The position numbers and the translations under genes were made by a program. A stretch of DNA of 44,588 nucleotides from a virus. The stretch is taken from IMG/VR virus record IMGVR_UViG_3300036791_000116, positions 1 to 44,588 of that record; one strand, written 5' to 3'. The notes beneath the pieces are model-generated. The model made no database searches. It had not been told where the DNA came from and saw nothing but the letters and a program-made list of their open reading frames with translations. Positions 25,881 to 33,704 of this stretch are shown here, in pieces (position 1 is the first letter of the stretch; every line of letters starts with the position of its first letter).

Positions 25881-28250
25881 CTATTGCATTGGTGTCATTT
25901 TGGCTAACGGCGACTTCTTGGGTAGAACGGGCGCAGACGCACCACCACCACCACCACCGGAGCCATTACCGGGTGGAGGCTGTGGCGCGCCTGGAGGCCC
26001 TCCCTGCGCAGCGTGCAGAGCCGCTACATGCTGCAACAGGTAGCTCATAATCATCTGTGGGCTGGCCCCTGAGTTCTTCATCTGTAGCACTTGCTGCTTA
26101 ACCTGCATCGGGATATTAGAAAGCAACTGCTCGATGTTCGCTCCAGGCTGCACACCCGGTCCCTGTGTCGGCGATGGCGTTGGCGCACCCGGCGTCCCAG
26201 GGTCTGCGCCACCCGGAGGCTGATCCGGTGCCTGCCCAGGCTGATTGCCGCCCGGTTGCGTACCCGTAGCCGATCCCGTACCCTGCCCGGTCTTCGCACT
26301 GATCTCGGCATCGATCGCAGCCCAATCCTCTGGCTGGATGACAACCTCGGTGAATGCCTGTTCGAGCACCTTGAGCATCACTTTCAGCGTCGCGCCCGGT
26401 GCAGCCTGCGCAAATTGCCCAACGGCCTGCGCAATCTGAATAGCCTCCTTTTTCTTGAATATGCTATTCGGCTTCTCCATACTGCCAGCGACGATTTCCA
26501 TATTGTACGTGCTATTGAGCATCGCGACACTCATAGGCTTAAAGAACTGCCCAAGCGCCGGCCCAATCAAACCGATCACGTCGTCCACGGTCATATACTG
26601 CACACACAATTCGGCAAGCGAAATGGCAATATCCGCAACCGCATCCTCCACAACGTCAACCTTGGCTCCGACCGAGAGCTTCATCGATTCCTGATATGTA
26701 TTAACAGCGTCCTCATTTGTGTTAGTCTTGAACTGCACTCCTCGCAGCGCATCGCTGGTATTGGTGATTCGGTTGATTGCATCCAACAAGTCTTGCTTAT
26801 TAAACAGTTCCTTGTACTGATCCATTCGTGGGTAAAGTGACTCAAACACATCTTGAATCTTGCCCTCGCCGGCCTTGACGCCACAGACATGCTTCTGGTC
26901 ACTCCCGACGTTCTCGCCACGGATGCCGTTTAGCATCTTCTCGATCTGATCGCTGTCCGTCTTGTCAGCGTTGTAGAAGAAATAATCGAACACGGACGTA
27001 CGCATACGTCGTAATTTGCGATTGATGACGTTAATTTCATCCTGCTGGTCTAGATAATACGACGACTCGCCCACGGCCACAGTGCCGCCGGTGCTCATTG
27101 TATAGCCTACAATGTAATATGGATAGAACCGACTGATATTCAGTGGGTCGTCCCATACCCATAACGGCCACGTCCAATCATCTCTGTGGAACAGCATGAC
27201 TCGTCGCGTCAGCTTGTCCCAAATCATGTAACACTCAGTCGTATACATATTCAGATAGGCTGTACGCTCGTCATCCGTGTGGTGCGTACTGTCGATACCG
27301 GCTTCCATCGCCTGTTGCACGAATCCCAAGCCGTCGTCGCGCTTCCCATCCGACGTATCGAACGAAGCCTTATGCGTAGGCTTGTAGATCAGCACACGAT
27401 TTCCGCCTTTGAGATCGTTTGACTCAGACGGCGAGTCGGGATCAGGTATAGTGAACCGCTGCGTGAGCATCGCCGTCGGCAAAAACACGCGCTCGGCCTG
27501 CCAATCCGCATCTGTGCCATCTTGCAATTCGGCATACGGATCGATAATCAGATTATGAGGCAGCACGTTATTCAGGCTGGGACCGCTTGGTTTCATCACT
27601 TCCATATTCATCTCCAAGGCTTCCATCTGCCCATAGAGATTCGATACCTCCTCTTGCGTCTTTGCGACAGCCAATTGCTGCGTAATTTGCGTCAATTGCT
27701 GTACTGCAACCTCTCGCGAGTCGTCTTTTCTGGTGTAATCCAGCTTCAAAACACCAAAATTGGTCAACAAACCGACACCAACACACTTCTTAATCTTCAA
27801 TTTTGCCCGCAGCGTCGTCCTGAACAACGTATTTATCAGCTTCTCCAACGCCTTGCAGAAGTCCTGATCTGTGCTGTCCGACGTACTGACTGTAATGTCG
27901 GGGTTCTTGCTGTAAACCGCCGGTAGCATCACGTTCAGATTCGAGAACACCACATTTTCCGTAACATCGCCGCGCTTAAACACGCCACGGGATGACTCGA
28001 TCGGACGGCCTTGGCTGTTGTTGTAATACCGAAATACCTCATCCCAGGCAATCGTAACCTGCTCGTACGCCTTGATTGCCGCATTGATTCTGCGCTGCCA
28101 CAGCTTGCCCACCGACGAACTGATCGCAATACGGCTACCCTCGTAGATGCGATATACCGGCTCCGGCTCATTGCCGGGCTTCGATGGCGTTGGTGCATCT
28201 TCACCAACATCATCAACATCAGTCTCGTCGGCGCCATATACGTCTGTCAT
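25881..28250 (-). CDS. portal protein (789 aa) with a low-complexity C-terminal extension
   Basis: Large ORF between TerL and the scaffold. C-terminal ~150 aa are Gly/Pro-rich with a Met/Gln-rich helix. The ATG has no SD and lies 2 nt from a motif copy. Confidence 0.75.
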   Translation of the reverse strand: MTDVYGADETDVDDVGEDAPTPSKPGNEPEPVYRIYEGSRIAISSSVGKLWQRRINAAIKAYEQVTIAWDEVFRYYNNSQGRPIESSRGVFKRGDVTENVVFSNLNVMLPAVYSKNPDITVSTSDSTDQDFCKALEKLINTLFRTTLRAKLKIKKCVGVGLLTNFGVLKLDYTRKDDSREVAVQQLTQITQQLAVAKTQEEVSNLYGQMEALEMNMEVMKPSGPSLNNVLPHNLIIDPYAELQDGTDADWQAERVFLPTAMLTQRFTIPDPDSPSESNDLKGGNRVLIYKPTHKASFDTSDGKRDDGLGFVQQAMEAGIDSTHHTDDERTAYLNMYTTECYMIWDKLTRRVMLFHRDDWTWPLWVWDDPLNISRFYPYYIVGYTMSTGGTVAVGESSYYLDQQDEINVINRKLRRMRTSVFDYFFYNADKTDSDQIEKMLNGIRGENVGSDQKHVCGVKAGEGKIQDVFESLYPRMDQYKELFNKQDLLDAINRITNTSDALRGVQFKTNTNEDAVNTYQESMKLSVGAKVDVVEDAVADIAISLAELCVQYMTVDDVIGLIGPALGQFFKPMSVAMLNSTYNMEIVAGSMEKPNSIFKKKEAIQIAQAVGQFAQAAPGATLKVMLKVLEQAFTEVVIQPEDWAAIDAEISAKTGQGTGSATGTQPGGNQPGQAPDQPPGGADPGTPGAPTPSPTQGPGVQPGANIEQLLSNIPMQVKQQVLQMKNSGASPQMIMSYLLQHVAALHAAQGGPPGAPQPPPGNGSGGGGGGASAPVLPKKSPLAKMTPMQ
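26835..26847. repeat. degenerate 13-bp motif copy (2 mismatches)
   Basis: AAGTGACTCAAAC, inside the portal CDS (FESL). Confidence 0.45.
27417..27429. repeat. 13-bp dyad motif copy
   Basis: GTTTGACTCAGAC, inside the portal CDS (SESN). Confidence 0.9.
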
Positions 28251-28252
28251 CG

Positions 28253-28265
28253 GTCTGACTCACAT
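28253..28265. repeat. 13-bp dyad motif copy (1 mismatch)
   Basis: GTCTGACTCACAT, 2 nt from portal ATG 28250. Confidence 0.7.
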
Positions 28266-28283
28266 AGCTAGAGTACCTTGGGT

Positions 28284-28315
28284 GGGGCGCTTGACAGCAG
28301 GACTGCAAGCGCCCC
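28284..28315 (-). other. perfect 10-bp GC hairpin downstream of the PEP-CTERM-like gene
   Basis: GGGGCGCTTG (28284-28293) pairs with CAAGCGCCCC (28306-28315). No U-tract on either strand. Confidence 0.5.
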
Positions 28316-28351
28316 CGCTCATCAATCAGGCGTATAGTGATGGATGGTCAC

Positions 28352-29026
28352 CTACACGACAGAGAGTGACGAGCGTTTCCGACGGAGCCTGTTGAGCCCA
28401 AGCATCCCGAATAGAGCAGTAATCATGCCGGGCAGACCAGCGCCCAATATGGGACCAGGAACTGCACTGATATCAATACCGCCATTGAATTGGCCGGAGC
28501 CAACTGAATTGATGGTATATCGAACCTCGGCGCTGAACGGGTTAGTCTCCAATGCGAAGCTAGTGACATCGGCCGAAGCCGAGTTTGTCGTAACCACTGG
28601 GGTCGCCGCCAGCAACACGCCATTGATGAACGTCTGCTCCATTACGTTCCATCCGGTAGTGAGGCCGGTAACAGAGAACTCGCTTAAGAACGACTGGAGC
28701 GTTCCGGTGCCAGTGAGCCCCGCCGCGGTAACATCGAGGATCAGTTGATGATTACCGACAGCATTCGCCGCGATGTCCAGTGTGTTGGTGTTCAACTCAG
28801 CAGGCACGGCAAGCGCACTAGCCGAATTGATCGTCAGCGAATTGAGTAGGAAGGCAGCACCAAAATCGATGTTGCTGATGTCGAGAGTCGGCAAGCCACC
28901 ACTGTTGATCGTGTCAACCAGAACACCATCAGCCGTAGCATTGAGTGTGATGTTGTCAGCCCTTGCAGACGCCATTCCTAGTCCGACGCCAAGCACAGCG
29001 ACGGTAGCCAGTAGCAGTTGCCTCAT
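28352..29026 (-). CDS. secreted protein with a PEP-CTERM-like C-terminal sorting signal (moron)
   Basis: Signal peptide MRQLLLATVAVLGVGLGMASARA. Thr/Asn/Leu-rich beta-type body. C-terminus VPGPILGAGLPGMITALFGMLGLNRLRRKR (Pro motif, TM helix, basic cluster). AGGAGAG SD. Hairpin downstream. Confidence 0.7.
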   Translation of the reverse strand: MRQLLLATVAVLGVGLGMASARADNITLNATADGVLVDTINSGGLPTLDISNIDFGAAFLLNSLTINSASALAVPAELNTNTLDIAANAVGNHQLILDVTAAGLTGTGTLQSFLSEFSVTGLTTGWNVMEQTFINGVLLAATPVVTTNSASADVTSFALETNPFSAEVRYTINSVGSGQFNGGIDISAVPGPILGAGLPGMITALFGMLGLNRLRRKRSSLSVV

Positions 29027-29062
29027 TGCAGTCTCTCCTGTTGTGACGGTACCGCCGCCCCG

Positions 29063-29075
29063 GTTTGACTCACAC
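29063..29075. repeat. 13-bp dyad motif copy
   Basis: GTTTGACTCACAC, between the TerL stop at 29078 and the PEP-CTERM-like gene. Confidence 0.9.
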
Positions 29076-29077
29076 AG

Positions 29078-30589
29078 TCAGTACACTTTGTGATCTTCGA
29101 CTTCATGCCAATACGACCACTTGGGTGGCATCGCGTGCTCTGGCACAACAATCTTGCTCACTTCCGGCAGATACGAAAGCATATACTTTAGCGCATTCAT
29201 CGCATGGTCATTCGCATCCGTGGGCTCGTCAATACGCTGACCCATTGTATTCTGTTTCCAGTAATACGCCGTCATTTCGTCGCCAATGAATGCCAAATCG
29301 TCTGCGAAATACAGCAGCGGGCTCGGATCTTCCTTCGTGATTATATGTGGAACGCCCTTCTTTCCAGCCAAATAAGAATTAACCTTCGCAATGCCTGTGA
29401 CAATATCGTTGCTCGACGGGCGCATATAAATCCTGTCATCCTGATACAGCTTCGCAATTGTCGCTCCCGTCTCTCGCATCCCAGCAACAACAACTTTCTT
29501 GAATATCGCAGGATCGGCATGAATCCGATTGTTGAACATCAGCAATCCAGCATACTTTGCTCGTATATCTCTGATCGCTTGCGGCTGGAGATTGTAAGGG
29601 AAGTCGCTCTGGTAATACCCATCCAGTATAATGACTCTCCCACGGTCGTCCACGAAACCCATCAAATAACAACTCGGTGACACTATACCAAAATCATAAG
29701 ACTCAATTGCCTGAATCTGAACGTGGCGAAGTAGACACTCCGCAAGATAATTCTCGGCCTCCTCACGCGATATGGTGTGGACCGACGGGTCGTAATCAGG
29801 ATGGACCAAGCCCTCGAAGGCAACCCATTTTCCGAGCAGGAAACGGTCGCGCATCTGGCCTTTGTAAGTTGATTCGAGCCCAACAATGTAATCATGTGAT
29901 AAGTTATGCTTATTCGCATAAGTATCACTCTCAAACAACTCAATAATAGGCATACCCGTATCGGTATCAACAAGCAACTTCTCCACACGCTGGCCAGTCT
30001 TCAACCACAACAAATATGGCTGTATGAGTTCCTTGTAGAACCAATTGTGTGATGGGTTTGCCGTAAGCATAAGCCAACGCGGGCCTGTGGCGGGCATGGA
30101 CATATCTTCGTCGTCCGCCTGATAAGGCGTGTCGCCTCGAAGACGACCAAGGAGATCAAAGAAATCTTTGTGTATGATACCTGGGTCCTCGATCTGATCG
30201 ACCCCGACCCAATCATACGTTGCGGATAGAAGATTACTCGTCGAACTCCCATCATTGCGAGCCCTCCCGCGCTGCGATATGTACCGGAAATTGACAACCG
30301 AGCCATTCTTCATGTAGCACGTGTTGTCATCAATCGTGGGCTTTTTCAGTATCCAATCGATCGGACACCACTTGAAGAACACCTTGCGCAGTGTGTCATT
30401 CAGCTTCGGGTACGTCTCTCGCGCTAGCAATCCATTGCAGCCTGGATAATCCTTGACCAGCTTCAATGCCTTGACCGCTAGCGCCGTCGTCTTACCGTTC
30501 GCAAACGCACCACCGAATACCTGTATCTTCGCCCGGCTATGGTAGAAGCCGGACTGCACAGAACCTTCGATGAGCTTGTAATTCGGCAT
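29078..30589 (-). CDS. terL: terminase large subunit
   Basis: Walker A FGGAFANGKTT and Walker B WVGVDQIED. C-terminal RNaseH-like nuclease motifs (SYDFGI..., DANDHAMNALKYM). The ATG has no SD and lies 2 nt from a motif copy. Confidence 0.9.
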   Translation of the reverse strand: MPNYKLIEGSVQSGFYHSRAKIQVFGGAFANGKTTALAVKALKLVKDYPGCNGLLARETYPKLNDTLRKVFFKWCPIDWILKKPTIDDNTCYMKNGSVVNFRYISQRGRARNDGSSTSNLLSATYDWVGVDQIEDPGIIHKDFFDLLGRLRGDTPYQADDEDMSMPATGPRWLMLTANPSHNWFYKELIQPYLLWLKTGQRVEKLLVDTDTGMPIIELFESDTYANKHNLSHDYIVGLESTYKGQMRDRFLLGKWVAFEGLVHPDYDPSVHTISREEAENYLAECLLRHVQIQAIESYDFGIVSPSCYLMGFVDDRGRVIILDGYYQSDFPYNLQPQAIRDIRAKYAGLLMFNNRIHADPAIFKKVVVAGMRETGATIAKLYQDDRIYMRPSSNDIVTGIAKVNSYLAGKKGVPHIITKEDPSPLLYFADDLAFIGDEMTAYYWKQNTMGQRIDEPTDANDHAMNALKYMLSYLPEVSKIVVPEHAMPPKWSYWHEVEDHKVY

Positions 30590-30591
30590 GT

Positions 30592-30604
30592 GTGTGACTC
30601 AAAC
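30592..30604. repeat. 13-bp dyad motif copy
   Basis: GTGTGACTCAAAC, 2 nt from TerL ATG 30589. Confidence 0.9.
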
Positions 30605-30606
30605 GG

Positions 30607-30774
30607 CTATTTGTCGCATCTCGCGAGCGGTGGAGGGGTAGGATTGAACACCTGCGGAGGATCGTAACACTTCTTCATGTCGTCCAAAGTCAAGTGCATC
30701 CTATCGTCGAAATGCTCCGTCTTGTTCGATGACAGCACCAAGTCCTTCGGGCCGACAGACCGGCCCTCTGTCAT
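30607..30774 (-). CDS. small ORF (55 aa), hypothetical
   Basis: Below the ORF-track cutoff; I translated it by hand as MTEGRSVGPKDLVLSSNKTEHFDDRMHLTLDDMKKCYDPPQVFNPTPPPLARCDK. ATGA overlap with the stop of 30771..30986. It fills the gap before TerL. Confidence 0.4.
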   Translation of the reverse strand: MTEGRSVGPKDLVLSSNKTEHFDDRMHLTLDDMKKCYDPPQVFNPTPPPLARCDK

Positions 30775-30986
30775 TGTCTCACCGCCTGCTTTTGCCAGTG
30801 CCCGGTGGTCATGTCAGTCGCTTGATACGTGTCGCCCGTGTCCAGGGCAAGGACAGGCTCACCGGGATAAAGCGGCGTCGTCGTTGCGATCGTCGCCGCG
30901 GTCGCTATGAAACGGTTGATCTTCGAATACGGCGTATCGACAGCCGGACCAGCGTTCGTTCCCGCCTTGTTCACTACCCAAGCCAT
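30771..30986 (-). CDS. hypothetical protein (71 aa)
   Basis: AGGAGG lies 4 nt upstream of the ATG. Lies between the TerS-like gene and TerL. Confidence 0.55.
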   Translation of the reverse strand: MAWVVNKAGTNAGPAVDTPYSKINRFIATAATIATTTPLYPGEPVLALDTGDTYQATDMTTGHWQKQAVRQ

Positions 30987-30995
30987 GAAATCCTC

Positions 30996-31619
30996 CTAAT
31001 TGTCCAGCGTTATGCCGTTTACTGCAACCTCCGCACCGTCGTCACTCTTCACAATCGTGATACGCAACTCGTTCTGCTGACCCTTGCCCTCAGCCAAATC
31101 CTTCGGCCGAACGCCTGCACGATCCAGCAAATCGATACTCGCCTTGAGTACGTTGTTTTCCTTCTGCCCGTTCATCGCGATGTTATGCACGTTGTCCAGT
31201 GCGTCATCAGCATACGCCGCGATCCTCGAAATGAGACGCTTCGACTTCGCGTTGACAAACTCAGACGCGACAATCTCGAACGTCTCACCATACCCAGGAT
31301 GCGTACGCACACTCCGAACATCGCTCGGCGTGATCTCCAATAGCTCGGCAATGTCGCGATCCGGCAGGCCGAGAATCGTAAACGTGAACACCAACGCAAT
31401 GCCACGCATGGCTTTCGTCGAAGCTGGCAACTCGGGAATCGATCGTTTACGCAACGGTCGATACTCACTACTCGACTTTACGTGACTCTTAGCAGGATCG
31501 TTGAACAGCACTTCTGGAGGAATGACTTTGCCGTCCACCGTCACGTAAGGATCGCCCCAAGCCGCCAGCTTCGAGCGCTTCACGACAGCTTTGTGTCCGT
31601 TTGCCGCCGCTTTAGCCAT
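30996..31619 (-). CDS. terminase small subunit-like DNA-binding protein (207 aa)
   Basis: Lies upstream of TerL. HTH-like segment LGLPDRDIAELLEITPSDVRSVR. GGGAGGGG SD after a motif copy. Confidence 0.5.
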   Translation of the reverse strand: MAKAAANGHKAVVKRSKLAAWGDPYVTVDGKVIPPEVLFNDPAKSHVKSSSEYRPLRKRSIPELPASTKAMRGIALVFTFTILGLPDRDIAELLEITPSDVRSVRTHPGYGETFEIVASEFVNAKSKRLISRIAAYADDALDNVHNIAMNGQKENNVLKASIDLLDRAGVRPKDLAEGKGQQNELRITIVKSDDGAEVAVNGITLDN

Positions 31620-31633
31620 CGTAACCCCTCCCT

Positions 31634-31646
31634 GTTTGACTCAGAC
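31634..31646. repeat. 13-bp dyad motif copy
   Basis: GTTTGACTCAGAC, touching the stop at 31646 and upstream of the SD of the TerS-like gene. Confidence 0.9.
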
Positions 31647-32041
31647 TAACGAGTGCCGAGCGGATTGCCATCCTTGTTCGGTACCGGATTACTACCGAAT
31701 GTCGTACGCGAGGACCACGCGAGCACATCATTCTTGTACTCAGCCACATCCGCAGCCGTCGTTGCCCGGTTAATCAATACCGTCTGCGTAATGGCACGCT
31801 TACCACCCAACTCAACGTTCGCCTCAACCTGCGGAAACGTCTGCGTCGCTACCGCACCAGGAGCCGCACCGGCCGTCACGATCATAATCCTACGCAGGTA
31901 CAGCATGGACTTCTGACCCAACTCTCTGGCAGCATACGAACGCCTACCATCCTTACCACTGACACTCAGCAACTGCGAAAGTCCGGCCGAGTCACCGAAC
32001 AATCCGCCCTTCACATTCCCAACAGCCGTATTCGAAGCCAT
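31646..32041 (-). CDS. hypothetical protein (131 aa)
   Basis: AGGAGG lies 5 nt upstream of the ATG. Leftward operon context. Confidence 0.6.
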   Translation of the reverse strand: MASNTAVGNVKGGLFGDSAGLSQLLSVSGKDGRRSYAARELGQKSMLYLRRIMIVTAGAAPGAVATQTFPQVEANVELGGKRAITQTVLINRATTAADVAEYKNDVLAWSSRTTFGSNPVPNKDGNPLGTR

Positions 32042-32050
32042 GAAATCCTC

Positions 32051-32248
32051 CTACCTGCTGGACAAAACACGATTGGGGACAACGCCATTGGCTGTCCCTT
32101 GCATTATACGCAAGTCCAACGCGGGCTCTGATCTGCCTACGTTGGGTGGAACTGTCGCAGCTTTCGTCGTATTCACACTCAACTGCAACGCGATATCCGC
32201 AGAATTCTTCTTGTGGATCGCGTCACCTTCCGCGGTGCTTTGAGCCAC
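32051..32248 (-). CDS. hypothetical small protein (about 65 aa)
   Basis: Frame of listed ORF 32051..32314. Preferred GTG 32248 is preceded by AAGGAGG plus 8 nt. It overlaps the upstream gene by 26 nt. The start is uncertain. Confidence 0.35.
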   Translation of the reverse strand: MAQSTAEGDAIHKKNSADIALQLSVNTTKAATVPPNVGRSEPALDLRIMQGTANGVVPNRVLSSR

Positions 32249-32609
32249 GCCGATGCCCTCCTTCGTTCTCCGGCTCGACTTCATCCGGCTCCGGTTCCGG
32301 CCCCGGCGCATCATTCGGATACGCTTCCGAGCCGCCTACAGTCTGCGGCGTCGGCTGCTGCGACTGCTGCTGCGCCTGCGCCTCCATCTCCGCTGCCGTC
32401 GCTGCGGCCGCTCGCTTCATCGTAGCCTCGTTGATCGCTGCCTGCTCCTCGTTGTACTTGCGAACCTGGTCGTCACGAGCCAGATCGTAAGCCCTTCGAT
32501 CCGGTGTCGGGCCTGGATGCGGATCTGGAACCACTACCCCAGGCGGCAACGACTGATTCGGAGGCCCTTCTTCACCCTCACGAGGCTGCTCATTCTGCTC
32601 GTTCGTCAT
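32223..32609 (-). CDS. acidic/Gln-rich protein (128 aa), first gene of the leftward arm
   Basis: Preceded by the leader terminator, motif 32624-32636 and a GGGAGCGG SD. Confidence 0.6.
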   Translation of the reverse strand: MTNEQNEQPREGEEGPPNQSLPPGVVVPDPHPGPTPDRRAYDLARDDQVRKYNEEQAAINEATMKRAAAATAAEMEAQAQQQSQQPTPQTVGGSEAYPNDAPGPEPEPDEVEPENEGGHRRGSKHRGR

Positions 32610-32623
32610 GTTCCGCTCCCTTG

Positions 32624-32636
32624 GTTTGAGTCAAAC
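32624..32636. repeat. 13-bp dyad motif copy
   Basis: GTTTGAGTCAAAC, between the leader terminator and the first leftward gene. Confidence 0.9.
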
Positions 32637-32640
32637 AGCA

Positions 32641-32706
32641 ACAAAAAGAGGAGGCCGAGCAACCGCTGCAACGTACATGGCCACACGTACTCGGCACCCG
32701 GCCTCC
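32641..32706 (-). terminator. leader terminator/attenuator between PL and the first leftward gene
   Basis: On the minus strand, GGAGGCCG (32706-32699) pairs with CGGCCTCC (32657-32650). The stem encloses a foldable 41-nt insert and is followed by TCTTTTTGT (32649-32641). Confidence 0.55.
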
Positions 32707-32773
32707 AAGCTGAATGGGTCCTCGTCGTGCGGATGGGAGGAAGAATCACCGCAAAAGTCCATTCAACACACGT

Positions 32774-32802
32774 ATTATGGCACAAAAATTGCATGTTGTC
32801 AA
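32774..32802 (-). promoter_or_regulatory. leftward promoter PL for the structural arm (sigma70-like)
   Basis: Minus strand reads TTGACA (32802-32797), 17-nt spacer ACATGCAATTTTTGTGC, CATAAT (32779-32774). A-rich sequence lies upstream of the -35. Confidence 0.7.
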
Positions 32803-32860
32803 GCACTATTTTTCGCGGTGATAGCAACCTGATATCAAATCACTATCAATTTATGGTGCT

Positions 32861-32873
32861 GTTTGAGTCAAAC
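32861..32873. repeat. 13-bp dyad motif copy
   Basis: GTTTGAGTCAAAC, non-coding, 59 nt upstream of the PL -35. Confidence 0.9.
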
Positions 32874-33028
32874 GATGGACAATGTGGGGGGATAGTGTGG
32901 AGGACCGGATGTACTATATGGCTCATGGTGTATGTGTGCCGCTGCGCGGCCCCCACACCCCATTCGCCGACCGCCGCCGCCGCACAAACCGGACCGCTGA
33001 CCTGGGGGGTGCTTCGCAAAGACAACTA

Positions 33029-33056
33029 AGTGTACCACATTCACGCACCTTGTCAA
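33029..33056 (-). promoter_or_regulatory. second leftward promoter (extended -10 type)
   Basis: Minus strand reads TTGACA (33056-33051), 16-nt spacer, TGG-TACACT (-10 at 33034-33029). Operator 33077-33093 lies 20 nt upstream. Confidence 0.45.
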
Positions 33057-33076
33057 GCATTATTTTCACATTTACC

Positions 33077-33093
33077 TGCGACATATTGTCGCA
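33077..33093. promoter_or_regulatory. 17-bp palindromic operator, copy 1
   Basis: TGCGACA-TAT-TGTCGCA, perfect inverted arms. Confidence 0.75.
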
Positions 33094-33227
33094 CCCTACA
33101 CCCCACGCGCACACCCCACACGTGCCATCAGCGCGTAAGCGCGTGACTTGGCGGTTCACTTTTTGTTCTTCATTTTCGAGCCGTGAATGCGCCTTTGGCG
33201 AATGCCTCCATCCTCCCTCCGGGCTAG

Positions 33228-33270
33228 GGGTTAGAACACTCCTCGCCGCAGGCACGGACTGTTCTAACCC
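33228..33270. other. 11-bp perfect inverted repeat in the control region
   Basis: GGGTTAGAACA (33228-33238) pairs with TGTTCTAACCC (33260-33270). 21-nt spacer. Confidence 0.6.
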
Positions 33271-33297
33271 ATGGCCATTTCACGCTCCACATACCCT

Positions 33298-33310
33298 GTT
33301 TGACTCACAC
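33298..33310. repeat. 13-bp dyad motif copy
   Basis: GTTTGACTCACAC, non-coding control region. Confidence 0.9.
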
Positions 33311-33403
33311 ACGACCCCAGTGGCGGTATCACAACACCACAAATTGCACGATGTCCGGTTCCGCCGTCGTCCTACCTCCCCCCCATCCCCCCCTCAATGT
33401 CAA

Positions 33404-33420
33404 TGCGACATGTTGACGCA
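33404..33420. promoter_or_regulatory. operator-like site, imperfect copy
   Basis: TGCGACA-TGT-TGACGCA (one arm mismatch). Confidence 0.45.
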
Positions 33421-33454
33421 GTTTGGAAAACGGGGCGGAGGGTCGAGGGTCTAG

Positions 33455-33502
33455 CAACAACCAATCAACAACCAATCAACAACCAATCAACAACCAACAA
33501 TT
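33455..33502 (+). repeat. iteron array A: 11-bp unit CAACAACCAAT, about 4.3 copies
   Basis: Three exact tandem copies at 33455-33487, then CAACAACCAACAATT. Confidence 0.9.
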
Positions 33503-33551
33503 CAGAATGCAAGAAACCCCCGTAGAATGGGCACAAGTTGGTAGTGTGCGA

Positions 33552-33589
33552 TTTGTTTGATTGATGTTTGATTGGAGATTGGTTGTTGG
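33552..33589 (-). repeat. iteron-like array C (TTG-rich on the plus strand)
   Basis: TTTGTTTGATTGATGTTTGATTGGAGATTGGTTGTTGG: degenerate complements of the array A unit. Confidence 0.6.
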
Positions 33590-33670
33590 AGCCTCCCTTT
33601 GAAAGTGATTTTGCGGCGGGCAAATGTGCATTTTGGGGTCCGTGCCGGCGGGGCGCGTCGATTGTGGCAT

Positions 33671-33683
33671 GTGTGAGTCAAAC
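33671..33683. repeat. 13-bp dyad motif copy
   Basis: GTGTGAGTCAAAC, between iteron arrays C and B. Confidence 0.9.
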
Positions 33684-33704
33684 GTGTGGTTTGATAGATC
33701 GGCA

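Noticed and set aside
32253-33454. Plus-strand ORFs 32253..33029 (258 aa) and 32882..33454 (190 aa) in the control region.
   Set aside because: The Arg/Pro/His-rich translations have no protein-like character. The ORFs span promoters, operators, motif copies and a terminator. The first is antisense to real leftward genes.
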